In this document: positions 14,301 through 27,526 of the stretch, in pieces | Position numbering within the stretch: the first letter of the stretch is position 1 | Layout: each line of letters begins with the position of its first letter | Assembly: GCA_010093815.1 (NCBI GenBank) | Contig: ML996566.1 | Source of the DNA: Pseudovirgaria hyperparasitica | Lineage: Eukaryota | Strand: one strand, 5' to 3' | Length of the DNA: 64,000 nt | Made by a program: the position numbers and the translations under genes | The notes under the pieces: generated by a model | Database searches by the model: none | Told to the model about the DNA's origin: nothing | What the model saw: the letters and a program-made list of their open reading frames with translations, nothing else

Positions 14301-17300
14301 CACCCAGGGCCCTAGCTTCCGCTGCGATATGAGCAGGTAGGTGCCCTAACATTTCTTCGTCCTGATCCATGAGCACGGCTTGCCGTAAGCCAGGATCAAG
14401 GGAAGCCAGAAAACTGGCTGGGTCCATTTCTTCCGCGCGAGGTGGAGGGGCTGCTCCACCAGCGTTCCCACGTCGACGTGCCTCTTCACGCTCACGGCGA
14501 CGTCGATCTTGAGCTTCTTGCTGGAGGATTTCTTCGCGGATATCGGCGGGCAGCGCCTCGAGAAACTCTGGACTTATGTCTGTTGGAGCTTCGCCAGCAG
14601 CTACAGCTTCTGATCGCTGCTCAGCGACACGCTGCATGAGCACTTCCTCTCGTAACTCGTCTGGTAACGCCTCTAAGTATTCCATGTCGATGCCAAGATT
14701 CGTGATATCAATTTCTCGCCCTCGGATGGTCGTTGTAACTCGGGCCTGAGACTCGGACTCAGCGCCCTGTACTTCGTTGGCAATGTCAGCATCGTCAGCC
14801 TCCTCAGCCACCTCGACACCTTCCATAGCGTTAGATACTTCGTTTTCGTTCGCGAGATCTTGCCCAACTTCGGCTTGTTCGCGTGCGCGAGCTTCTGCTT
14901 CAGCTGCTTCTTTCTCCTCACGTTCCTTTTGCTCTTTAGCCTCCCGTTCAGCACGTTCCTTCTCTGCTTTCTCTCTGGCCTCAGCATCTTCTTTTGCCTT
15001 CCGTGCCTGTCTCTCAGCAAGCTCTTTCGCCTTTTGCTTGGCAGCCTCCATTGCTGGCGGAACTAGCAGTCTGAGGATGGAATTGATCAAACGCTGGCTT
15101 ACATCCGCAGCGGTTGCACCATAGAGGATGCGTGCCTCGTCTACCCATCGTGTCTTTGTGTCAGTAGCCACGAAAGCTACTGCATCGTTGGGACTTTCGC
15201 GTGAACCGCGCGAGCCAGAGACATCGTGAGCTCTACGGAGGTCACGTCTCAAAGAGCTTTCATAGGTGCCGGGAAGAGGAGGTAGTTGATCCACGCGGGT
15301 TCCAAAAGAGAGGTGGATATTGCCATTGTGAGTTGTCACTGTTGGGCCACCACTGCCGATTGCGTTGATCAGGTTACTTATGAAAGAGACTGGACCGTCC
15401 CCTGCCATGAATCGACCGGATTGGAGAGGATCTATGCTGTGGAAAAAGTCCTGCATGGCCATGTGTCGGATAGCTCCGACTTGTGGGGCAGCAGGTGTCC
15501 GACCGGAGCGTTGCAAGAGAGGGTTGGTCCCATCATCCGGATTTCTGTTAGTACCGGGACGGTGAGATCGGTAAGCAAGAAGACCTCTGTCAGACCCCAT
15601 CCATGGGTGTAAGCGATGTGCGTGAGTATGTCCGTGGTGATGATGCCCGTGGAGGTGATGAGCGCGCATTGGTGGTGGTGGATCGTCCCATCGCCATGCG
15701 CCACCTTCCTCCTCCTCGTCATCATCATAGTGATCGCCATACAAGAAGTCATCGCCTTCCTCATAGTCCACTTCTGCTTCTGCGTCCTCTTCGTCCACGT
15801 CGTCTACCTCATCGTCTTCTTCGACCATTTCGTCCTCTATAACGTACGTGGCTTGGTTCCCTCTTTCGCGGAATGTTTGCACAAGGCCATCCGCAGTATC
15901 ATTGAGATTCATGAGGTTGTCTAGCGGTGGAAGGACAACATGTGCGTCATCTTCCATGTCATCCTGGCCAGGATAATCCTCTCCATTGTCTTCATTCTCC
16001 CATCCGTCTTCCTCACCAGATTCCCCACTCGATCCATCATCCTCTTCCGCTATGATTTCCACGTGATTCATGATATCGTCCATGTCTTCATCATCATCAT
16101 CTTCTTCTTCTTCTTCGTCGTCGCCACTATCGTCGTCATCTTCATCTTCATCATCGTCCATATCCGAATCGCCATCGTCAATTGTAAGTTCGACTTCAGC
16201 AACGTCTCCAGAAAGTCCCTCAATCGGCCCTACTCCATCAATTTCGTCTTCGTCGTCGCTGATGGCATCTTCATTTCCATGTGGATTATCATCTTCAAAT
16301 TCCATCTCATCCTCATAGTAACCATCGTCCATTTCGTCGTCCTCATCTTCTTCACCGTCCTCAGATTCTGACTCATATTCATCCTGACGAGTCGGATCTA
16401 GCAGACCCAAAGTCGAGTTCCTAAACAGGTCCGGAGTTGCCTCGCGTCCATCGACATCCGACAATGAGGACGAAGTGCTCGCAATGTCATCGTCCTCAAA
16501 TTCTACTACGTTTGTCATTGATGCTGGAGCCGTACTGACCTCCACACCAGTAGATGTGAGCGTTCTCAGGGTTTTCAAAATATGTCTGACTGCCCTTTCT
16601 GCGTTAGGGTAATTGAGGTCGATTTCCGCGATGGCGCCCGTAAGTGAGACGACAAAATTCTTCTCATACATGATTTTGGACAGCTGCTTTTGAGAAGACA
16701 TTTGACGGCTGTTGACGTGTGCCGGATTGTTGGGATCCGTGATCAATTTACCATTGATCATACGGTTGAATAGCTCGGCGAGCACCATCAGTCGAGCATA
16801 TTTGGAGTCGAGAGGTTCTAGCGAAGCCGTCGCATCTCTGAACGATTTCAGTGCATGTTCTAGTACGAATCGCCGTACGTAGAGGAGTTCCATATCTTCA
16901 TCTGCGTCATTGACTCCATCCGTCATGCTTGCGTATTTCTCCTCAGTCTTGGCACAAAGACCTACTATAGCCAACATAGCCCAGTTCGATGTTGCTGCTT
17001 GTTTACGATTTGCGGTATCCTCTGCATGACTCAAAGAAGCGACTGGGACAAGGCTGTTCAACAGGTAGTTCAAAATCCCAGACCGCGGCTTCGAGGGTGT
17101 GCTCGCGTGGGGGTCTGCCTTTCTGGAAAAATTGATGAACTCGACCTTTGCACGATTGTATGATGATAAGAGCTCCGTCAAGCATTGGAGAATAAAGCAT
17201 CGGTATATGAAGAAAGGATGTTGTTCAGCCTTGAAGTCTTGCTTTTCAGGTTTCTTCGCTTCCATAAGGCTCGGTGTAGAGTTCTGGGAGTCCCCTTCAT

Positions 17301-20300
17301 TGCTGCTCCTGCCGATAACTGCGGCTGTAGAACTTTCGGCCGAATTATTAGAGGTAGTTGCAGTTGGCTTGTCTTCTACGTCTTTGTATGCAAGTAATTC
17401 GCACAGTAGGTAGTGTATCACCCCATCAGGAGTCTCCACCACAGGGCAGCGAAGCTCTTGCGTTTTCGTCCTCTCTTGCTTCTCTGGCTTTTTGCCTTCG
17501 GTAATTGAGCTCCTCTCGTTCTCGATAGCGACTGTTGTGGATACGGCTTCCACGCCATGTTTGGTACTCGGTTCGGTATTTGATTTTTGAGCAGGCTTGA
17601 GGGCAAGACTTTGAGGCCTTTGGCTTGGCTCCCAGCGTGGAAGCATAAGCTTTTCGTTTGTAACTTCAACAAAGATGTCAGGGTTCCTAATGGCCAGGTG
17701 ATATAGATGCCTTGTGTAGCCTGTTGTATCTTTCTGACGACCTTCTCGGGTCTCAAATAGACTTTGAATCTCGCTTCTCATGATTTGTCGAATAGTTTCA
17801 TCGTCCTCTACCATGTGGCGCAGTATAACTAGAAAAGCACTCTGAAGCTTTTCATTTGTGATGCCAGAGAGTTGTCTGACCATTAGGAACAGGCGCTGGA
17901 TATTCTTCTTTTGACTGAGAAGAGTGGCAATCTCACGCTGGCGAGTTAGAATGACAAGAATGCGCGAAATAGCAAGGGCCAACACTTCGTCTTTCCCAAC
18001 GTACGGTAATAGTTCAGTGATTGCCTTAAACAGAGCAATCTTCTGGTCTTTCCGAACAATGACTGTGGGTGCTGCGACAGTTGATATGTCAAAAGATGAC
18101 TCTTCGCCGCTTGGCGGTGTCCATTGAATCTGCGGTGGCCGTGCATCATCGGAGAGGAGCATCTCTAACACCAGAAGGACAGGTCCTATCCAAGGAGAAG
18201 AGTCTTCTTTCCCTTGGCTAGGAAAAATCTTGACAAAGCTTAGCAGTGCTTCGAAATTATCCTGTAATTGTTCCAGAGTCGCATCGTAGAAAGGCTTGTC
18301 TTGCAACGTAAGTCCAAGAAGATGAGCAGAGGCCGCGATTTGCTTTGCGTTAGGCCGCAGGTCATCGTCGACTTGGAAAGATATTAGAGACTGGACAAGA
18401 GTCTGTCCAATCTCACGGCGTAAAGATACAGGATCTTGTGCCTTCGTGACCGCCGCGCTAATCAAATCAGACAGATCGAACGTGATGGCCTCGTGGGCAT
18501 TGAGTACTTCCAGGGAACGATCAATCAGTATTGATCGAAGCTCATTGCGTTGATCATTAAGATCGTCGATTGTTATCATCTTGGAGCGAGCTTCGACTAC
18601 AGTGAATTTCTCGAAGTAGGATGGGCCGGAATAGCTTGAGGAGCTGCTTCCACCAGCATTGTCCGTACGTGCGTGGGAGGCTTCGGCTTCGCCAGGCGCC
18701 AGCGCTGCAACATCTTCCATGATTATAGATTGATCCATCTCCGACGGCCCTATCGCTGTGCTTTCGGGCACTTGCATGGTAGTAAAATTAGTAGCTGCTG
18801 GGATACCCGCACTCCTCTGAGTTGCTTGTGTCATTTTGTTCTCATATCGAGGGATATCGTTCCTCGTTGGTCGAGAACTCCTTAGGAAAGCTTTGCAATA
18901 CTCTATTGCCGCTGCCACATTATCGTTGCACCGATAGAGAGCCTCTCGGGCAAGGGACTCGTCAACATTTGGGAGATCAGTCAATTTCTTCATGCCGTCA
19001 TCACTACGCATCTTCCAAGGTCGAAGGGTCGGATTGGCTCGGGGAAGTGGGCTGTCTGAACGTTTGAAGGCGTTACTTTCCCCCTCGGCTTCCAATACGA
19101 TCTTCAATGTATCAACGAGGCTCTTGACGATAGGTATTGTGCACTTTTCCATCAGTTCAGCCTTCCAAAGTTGCATTACGGGACGCATGACAGTTAACCG
19201 GAGCTCAACAATAAATTGTCCGATCGAAAAATAGTCCTGAGTCTTCTCTCGGTCAGGTTGGGCGAGAGCGGCAGTCTGCACCGCTTCGCCAACAATCTTC
19301 GAATTGATTATTTGCGCGTAGAAGTTAAGTATGATTCGAATCCCACCAAAGGATAGGTCCAATAGACCTTGTTCTTCACTTGACAAGCTAGAACCGTCAG
19401 GAAGTGGTCGCGTCACTATCGTACTTGCTTCATTGATGAATGACTCGAGGATATGTTGGAGAGCCTCGAAGCCACCTTGGTTTTTGAAGCAAACCAGTAT
19501 CAAAGTTATCGTCTGCGGAAATCCTCGTTCCATGGAGTCATCCAACATGACTCGGGATATTGATGTCAGAATCGTAATCCAGTAGGGATAGCGATCCTTC
19601 GCAGAGATTGAGTTTTTTGGAGGCGCGAACAATAGTTGGTCAATGGTAGCTTTGGCGATCTGATCGGCAACGACATAGGCACATTGCTTATGGTAATCCT
19701 TACTGCTACGACGGAATAGAAGCAACTTACCGAGAGACTGCAGAAAGGGAGTTATGGCCGTAGGCACGCGACAAAGAAGAAAGCGGAGTGTGCGGGTGTT
19801 CTTGAATCTAGCCGTTGCTGATTCCTTGACAACGCTGGACACAGCTGACTCCTGTTCGTTACCCGTAGCGCGAGCAACAGGGTCTCTGTTGGTAGTGGCT
19901 GGTGACGCGAGATCTGCCGGTGGCAATCGTCCCATGTCAAGCAAGCTGTCGAGCTCTTCCGAGTTCATGCCACTGCCCTTCACTCGCGTGGAACTTTCCC
20001 ATTCCCGAGGCATGTTCCTTTGGAGTAGAACTTCCTCCCAAACGCAACTACGATGCAGTCTGCCGAGACTGTAAATGAGCCTAGAATATAGATCCGCAAG
20101 GTTGACTTGACTGAAGATGTTGTGGTTGGACCTCTGACTGAAGAACTGATTCTGGAACGCATAGCTCATTATCGCACACAGTGTTTGTACAGAGACAAGA
20201 GCTTTTACGTATTTTGTCCCATCTACAGTTCTGTCAAGATGCCCAATCTCAGTCCGCGGAATGCTTATTTTGCTGGTGGTGAAGGGACTGAAAAATGCCG

Positions 20301-23300
20301 TATCTTCAGCATGATCTATCAGAGGCTTCAGGACGTCGACTGCACGCTGAGCTCTGCTGATGAGCTGGGGTAGTACCAAGTGCGGCTTCTGCTCGATTAA
20401 GGGCTGAAGCACACGACAGAGATCCTCTAATGAATTTGCCCATGCGTCGTCTGAGACATTATAAGGCAACGATGGCATAATTGCAAAATCTATAAGCAAT
20501 TCGATACCATCCCCTTCTGCGAATGCGAAGATCGAGTTCGAATTGGAAAAGAATCCGGTAAGAAACCTGCAGACTGCACCTATGTACTGAGTGGTGGAAG
20601 GTGTATCTTTTGCATCTTCACATTCAAGGACTTGATCGATAGCGGCGCTTCCTGTCGTTGATTGACCATCGAGAGGCTCTGCATCATGCATATCAAGATC
20701 ATCATCGACAGAGCCTGAGGTAGGAGCTGCTTGCGGTTGGCCCTTATTGTGCAGCTGACTATCGCCTTGTAGTGCTTCCCGCCCTCCAGCAACGTGAAGC
20801 CGCCCGATATCATCTTCAAGCCATAGCTTAGCACCTGCGCCTAATTCAGACGCCCTTGCGAAGCAGAGCTTGCCAACACGCCCAATCATTACTGAAATGG
20901 CACCCACGATTTCCGACTTCAAATTGGGGTGATGTCGCACCAATTCGTCGAACGACGAGCCAAGGGTCCCTGCCATATCTTGCTCTTGTTCCATGGCCTT
21001 TACATGCACCGGGCTCTCAAACACCTCAAAGAAACTTTCCATTGCGCGAGAGTGTTTGAACAGCTTCATACCTGCCTCGTTCAGGCAAATCGCTCCAAAC
21101 CCGGGAGGGATTTGGGACATGGCGTCTGCAGATGGAAGGATGCCAGGAGCCAATGGTTCGCTGGCTGGATGGTTGATTCGATTTAATAGACCGGCATCTG
21201 GCATTACAATCTGCACACGGGTCGATGAAGCTCCCTCTTCGTTGGGCGCCGGATCAGAGGAAGAGGTCATTTCAGAAAAGCTGGCTTGGGGTAGAGATCT
21301 TGAGATGACTGCTTCTAAGAACGCGTGACACAATCCTGCCTCGGCAACGACGGCATAACTTGTCGGCTCGTTATGGAGGAAGTTCGTCAGGATGGCGACA
21401 GCAGTACTCCATACTGTTGAACCAAAGATCTTGGCGTTCTCAAGTACTGTGCGCAGAGCTCGAAGCAGTTGCGGTGAGTCCATAAGGTTTCGAAGGAGTC
21501 GTTCGAAATTGGCATTTGCATGAGTCAACATACGATTTGTTAACTTTACAAGCCAGCGGAGATTCTGCTGCTGATGCCACTGAATTTCGTAGTCCGTAAG
21601 CTGTGTCTTATACTTGGAAGGCATAGTTTTGCCCTCTTTGACGTTGGAATAAGCGGAGTCAACTTGGAAAGAAGTAAGGTCAGCAATGCTATCCAAGCCC
21701 TTTGCATTGACAAATGATTGGAACGCATCCCTGATACTAAACAAGAATGAATCAAGAAATCCCAGAACCCTTGGATAGTTCCACTCGGCCTTTCTTGTGC
21801 GGAAGTTTAGTATTTCGACCAGAACTTCCAACAAACCAGCTGAGATTAAGGTTTCGCCAGTTCGCGGCTGACACATTGGCAAGCTATTCAGGAGGTCAAA
21901 TATCGAATCCCGATATTCTTCCTGCGCTTCATCCGATGTGTCGTCATTCGCGAGTTCTGTCACAACCTTCCGCACCACATAAAACAAGACTCCATGGTTT
22001 ACATTGACGCTCAGAGCGGCAACCACGTCACCAGACCGATTCTTGTGTTTTGTCAAAGATTCCAATGTTATGATAGCACAAGATTGCAATGCTGTCGAGA
22101 CTTGCATCCTTGAGTTGCGTTGAGGTTGGACTAGTTCGGCTAATTGATATGGTAGCTGAAACCGACGTGGCTCATCATAGTCAGGTTGTGAGATCTTAGA
22201 ATGAAATATGTTTTCGGAGAATACGTAGGCAAGATTAGCTATGGCGAGTAGGCGGACAGCAACAATATCTTCCCGCGCAGATCTAGTTGATGACATAGCA
22301 GATGCGACGCGTATGCGATGCAGTGTTTCGTACTGGTAGTCCTCAGGAATATCTTTGACCGACTCTTTCACGAGATCATGAATCGATGCAGATTGAAGCT
22401 TAGCGGCTGAAATCTCGAGAACCTTTGGCCCTGTCGAGCGGTCTGAATCTAGCTTGGTTGTAATGTCTGTTTCAGGGCTCGCAGGCGGATATTGCTGCTG
22501 ACTCAGGTTCGAGCTTCGTCGTGCCGGTGTCGGTGTCACAGGGGTTTGCAAGAATTCAGGAATAACCTCTTCTGCATGCGAAGGTCTCGTGTTGGTGTCG
22601 TAAAATGTGAGTCGAACAGTTGCGCGTTTGTCGCCCTCCTCCTCTGTTGTAAGGCCAACTAGATCACCAGTAGCCCATTTCGGGCGTGTATCATCGTCGG
22701 ATTTGTTGGCCGGCTTCTCTTTGCCTTTGCTAGCAGAAGGAATAGAGCCCGTAGGCTTGGCAAATGCCGAAGCTAATCTATGCATATTGTCCAGACTTAT
22801 GGCGTAGTGACTCGAAAGTAAGATGGCATGCGATGATGTCGACGGCATTCTTTGCCTGGACGCATAGTAGCGCTGCGCAAGTCGTAAAGATAGATGAAGC
22901 GTGACTTTCAGCAGTGAAAGTGAGGTTGTGTTGAGCAGGTAATTGAGGTGGATGCTACTTGCGTAAAGATTACGGTTTCCACAATTGTCAAGAAGCAATC
23001 TGGTAAAGACCAGCACACTTTCGATAAGTTCATGGTCGCCATCTTCAGAAAATCCATTCTCATCGAGAGTGTCCTTGTCTGGTAACGAGGCTGATGGACT
23101 GTACTCTGCTCCTTCGCCTTTCAATAGCAGACGTCGTCCGAAGCACTCGGTTTGAGGGCCTCTTGTGAGGCCATACTCACTATTGAAAACTTCGAGTATT
23201 TGATCGAAACGATTTAGTGCTGGTATCCAGTGGTAGAGGTCGCCTCTGGGGAAGGGCCAGCCGCGTGGGAAAGAGGCTAGGTGTTTTGGTAATTGGTATA

Positions 23301-23448
23301 GTGGTATCGAAGCGGTGGCTTTCGCAAACTCCGACACAGCTGGTGACTAGGCACTAAAGTTAGAATGTAGATACATGGTTCGTCTGACAGACAAACTCAC
23401 CAGTGTGACCTCATGGCGTGGCAAGGCAGACTTATTAATTTTCACCAT
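11377..23448 (-). CDS. TOM1: HECT E3 ubiquitin ligase Tom1/HUWE1 (~3990 aa); 3 exons
   Basis: Exon 1 MVKINKSALPRHEVTL (23401-23448), intron 23347-23400, an 11.8-kb exon, intron 11472-11528, last exon QLDLPEY...EYFGFA*. Motifs: N-terminal WPFPRGDLYHW, acidic tract, UBM repeats (EYLEALPDELREEV, EFLEALPADIREEI) and HECT domain (GEEGVDAGGVTREWF, catalytic SHTCFN). Confidence 0.97.
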
Positions 23449-24366
23449 GGCTACAGCTCACCCCGGAAGGCAGGCCTTCCTGCACCTTGAAGCTTGGACA
23501 GCTGCCGATTGTGGTCGTCCCAGATTCACTTGAGCGTATATGAGTGTGGTCCTCTTGCTCTGCCTAGACAGCTGGAGACTGTCATGTGTTATCAAGCTCG
23601 GCGAGTCAACGCTGCGTTTGGATAGCGGGTAACTGTTGAAACAAGGACAGCGATGAAGATCGGGAGTCCGATGCGAAGAAGTATACAGCGGGAGGACGGA
23701 ACAGGGTGTCTATGCTACGGCCCTGTGAGGTTCAATTTTCGTCTCTGTGGGGTGAAGTGGATGTCTTCGTGAATATATGACGGTGACAGTAGTTTTACTG
23801 AGCAGACGAGTGCAGGTCGTCGATTCAGAAACTATGCCTGATCGGAGGGGCGGAGATGAAGTGTAACGAGTTCACAGTAGTGCAGTTACTGCAAATGTCG
23901 ATTTTGGGTACGTCAGAGCTGTATAGGATTTGTTCGAGGGAGAGATGAGAGTGTGACTTTGATACAAAGCAGCGTTCGTCAATCGCGTCAAACAGGTCGC
24001 TGCGCCCGAATATTTGCCGCTCCGCTTGGGCACGCATTCACCAAGGCACATAGCGGCATAGCGAGGATGGATCACGAGGTGAGCTGTGCGCGAATGCTCT
24101 TAGCGTGCATATACCTGATGTTGTTGCCGACAGTCTTAACAAACAATCACTTTCATACACACGTTTCTCCTTCTGCCCCTCCAGTACCGCGCAGATTGAT
24201 TGTCAGGCAGCGCTGTCACGGACCTGAAGCAGCTATGACTTCATGAGCACCGGTCTAGTCAACCATTCATAGCAAAGCAAGCAGTCCTCAAAAAAACACT
24301 CTTAAACAAGCTAGCAACACATCTTCCTCCCATTCCTGTCAACGCATCATTGCATTCCATCAACCT

Positions 24367-24732
24367 TTAAAAATCGTTGGTGCCGCTCGCTGAATCTTCA
24401 ACAACTTTGCCCTCCACCAAGCGCAGTGTCTCTTCAATGACCAATAGATCTCTCTCAATTGTCTCTGCCCAGTTCTGGGTGTCGCCGATTTCATTGAGCT
24501 TCTTAGTCGACGTGTCCGCCAATTTCTGCCATTGAAGCCTCTCTTTGGCCAGCGCCGTAGTCTGCTTAGCCAATTCTGTCTCCTGCTTGGATATCCCTGC
24601 CGCGTTTGCATGAAGATCACTTGCGCGTGTCTTCATCTTCGAATCCAGCGACGTGCCGATAGAGTTCAGCGAGGCAGTAACAGCTGCCCTGGCTTCTGCT
24701 GTCCTCTGCTCTGGTTCATTTTGGGCTGACAT
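24367..24732 (-). CDS. BLS1: BLOC-1 subunit 1 (GCN5L1/BLOS1 family)
   Basis: 121-aa coiled-coil ORF with the family motif LNEIGDTQNWAETIERDLLVIEETLR. Confidence 0.85.
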   Translation of the reverse strand: MSAQNEPEQRTAEARAAVTASLNSIGTSLDSKMKTRASDLHANAAGISKQETELAKQTTALAKERLQWQKLADTSTKKLNEIGDTQNWAETIERDLLVIEETLRLVEGKVVEDSASGTNDF

Positions 24733-25515
24733 GCTAGGCCTGGGCTTTGTTGAATTGTTTGCCTTGGAAAAAAGTAGGTCGGTATTATGCTTTCATGAAT
24801 ATGGGGGGATGCAGATCACATAAGTTGAATGGTACTGTCTGATAATTATTAGACTGGTCACGCTGATGCTCGGCTAAGTCTCGAATGACCACGTGTAACT
24901 CAAATGGTAGCCAAAAGGCAATAGTCTATACATTGACCTTCTCTGTTATCTTCACAGCGTAGAATATTTTGCTCACTGTCCTCTAGGGCCGTTTGCTAGA
25001 ATGATGACCACGATGCCCGTTGCCAAACCCAATAATATAGATGTCAATGACTACCTACCATCGACCCGTAGACACCCTATTACAGAGGCCTTCTTACCTC
25101 TATCGCCACCCGTATCACGTGGGCGCTATCACTCCACAGTATATTGACTTGGCGTCTTTCTTTAATCTAAATTCATTGAGAACTAATACTATTTACTCTG
25201 GCGTTCCGGCAACTCAAGCCGCTTATTCCTTCAGATGAGAATATTCTAGGGCATTCGTGCTGTTGGTAATTACGAGCTTTTGTATTGGCTGAAGTTCTCC
25301 CACGTCTTCATAGCATATATTAGAAGGGGACTATGCGGCCTGTGGGCCTTATTGTGTGGTGGTATGACAAGAACCTCCTTTCACTTTGTGCGACTTAACT
25401 CTGGGGTTGTGCTATATTGCACGGGGAATTTATCTCCGTAGGACTTTTTATAATGCCTCGATGTTTGGCTTGTAATATTTCATGGCAGGTATCTGAATAT
25501 CTCTGAAAAATCACT

Positions 25516-27124
25516 ATGAAGTTTGTCCTCGTTTTGAGCATCGTAGCAGCGGTAGTGATCGTATATGCTCAAGTAGAGGAATATGGCAAGTGCGGAGGTT
25601 AGAGGTACTCGTGGACTCGCTCATAGATCACAATTGACTGATGTCGAGTCTAGGACAAGGATATAGTGGCTCAATAGCATGCGTGTCCGGCTATTTCTGC
25701 CAGTATCAGAATCAGTGGTATAGTCAATGTGTACCAGGAGCAGGTACGTATCATATCAAGACGGTATCAGGCCGAACCTAATGGTAACCAGCCCCAGTAA
25801 CGACTCTTATCACCACGAAAACCTCTCATACAAATACAGTCACATCGGCGTTGCCAAGCTCGTCATCTACCAAGACACCAGTCCCGGGCACTTACGTTAA
25901 GACCAAAGGCCTCAAATTTACCATTGATGGTGTGACAAAGTACTTTGCTGGAACTAACTCATACTGGATTGCGTTCCTCACCAACAACGCTGATGTGGAT
26001 CTTGTTCTCGACCATATGATCACCTCCGGCTTAAGAATTCTTCGTATCTGGGGTTTCAACGATGTCAACACCATTCCAGGCTCCGACACGGTCTATTTCC
26101 AATACCTCTCTGCCGGTACCGCAACTATCAACACTGGAGCCAACGGCCTCCAGCGTTTGGACTACGTCGTCAAAGCAGCCGAGGCTCGGGGCATGAAGCT
26201 CATTATCAATTTCGTCAATAATTGGAATGATTATGGCGGCATCAACGCATATGTCAACGCATATGGAGGGTCGAAGACTAGTTGGTACACGAATACAGCA
26301 GCACAAGGTCAGTACAAGGCATATATTAAGGCTGTGGTATCACGGTATATTACATCTACAGCCATATTTGCCTGGGAGCTAGGAAACGAGCCCAGGTGCA
26401 ATGGATGCGATACGTACGTGATCTATAACGGAATGAGCATTGCTCAGGCTGATCATGTCAGATCCGTAATCTACGACTGGGCGACATCCACCAGTCAATA
26501 CATCAAGTCGCTCGATAGCAATCATCTGGTCACACTTGGAGACGGTGAGTAACAAAACGTCACTTGGCTTAGATCATGGCTAGGATACTTACTTCATGCA
26601 GAGGGTTTCGGTCTCCCCGGCGACGGTAGCTATCCCTACACCTACAGCGAAGGTGTAGACTGGATCAAGAACCTAGGTATCTCAACCCTTGACTTTGGAA
26701 CTTTCCACTTATACCCTTCATCCTGTAAGTCTACGATTACCAGAGACACACCTCGGTACTTAGTCTAATCGCCTTCTAGGGGGTACAACAAACGAATGGG
26801 GCAACTCATGGATTACTACCCACGCAGTTGCTTGCCAGGCAGCCGGAAAGCCGTGCCTCTTTGAAGAATGTACGTGAAGTGATTTGCTGGTAATGCCGCA
26901 ACTGACACATTCCAGACGGCATAACCCTTGCATCTGATAAATGCTCGGTGGAAGGCAAATGGCAAAACACGTCTCTCGCCACTACCGGCATAGCTGGTGA
27001 TCTATTTTGGGACTTCGGAGATACCATCTCCAGTGGCAAAACATCTGATGACGGGAATACGATCTTCTATAATACTGCAGATTGGACGTGCCTCGTTACT
27101 AACCATGTCAAGGCGATTGGATAG
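25516..27124 (+). CDS. Secreted GH5_7 endo-beta-1,4-mannanase with N-terminal CBM1; 7 exons
   Basis: Signal peptide [21 protein letters not shown]1 ([31 protein letters not shown]), S/T linker, then [32 protein letters not shown] (acid/base Glu), GDEGF, TFHLYP and LFEEYG (nucleophile). Six GT-AG introns. Confidence 0.95.
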
Positions 27125-27526
27125 ATCTTCCATCCTGTATTTAGGCATGGGTATCATAAGTCCTACGTAGGTATAGGAAGATATCCATGACGAATACCAA
27201 CATGAGGATTTAACTTTTCCTTCAAGTCCCCTGGGGCTGCTCTTGCACAAATACAACAATCCTTCTAGAGCATGACGAGTGGTACGATGCCTAGTGCGTG
27301 TAATTTGCCCAGCTCTGGTGTCAAGTGCTCACGACGAGCCTGAAGCAGCCCGATGCGACTGCCAGTTTTAGGCTCACTCTAGTATTCTGCATGCCAACCT
27401 ACATTCCTGGGGAGCGCAAGCCTTAAACTCATTCCTCACAACAATCTTGACTCTGCACTTTGCCTGAAACCTTTGCTGAAAATCAGGCATCTTTCTACAA
27501 ACCAATTACCCTGGGTATGCCCATGT

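Noticed and set aside
11634..22807. Many short ORFs within TOM1, including poly-Ser and poly-Phe/Ile ones
   Set aside because: Antisense or off-frame reads of the acidic and coiled-coil tracts of TOM1.
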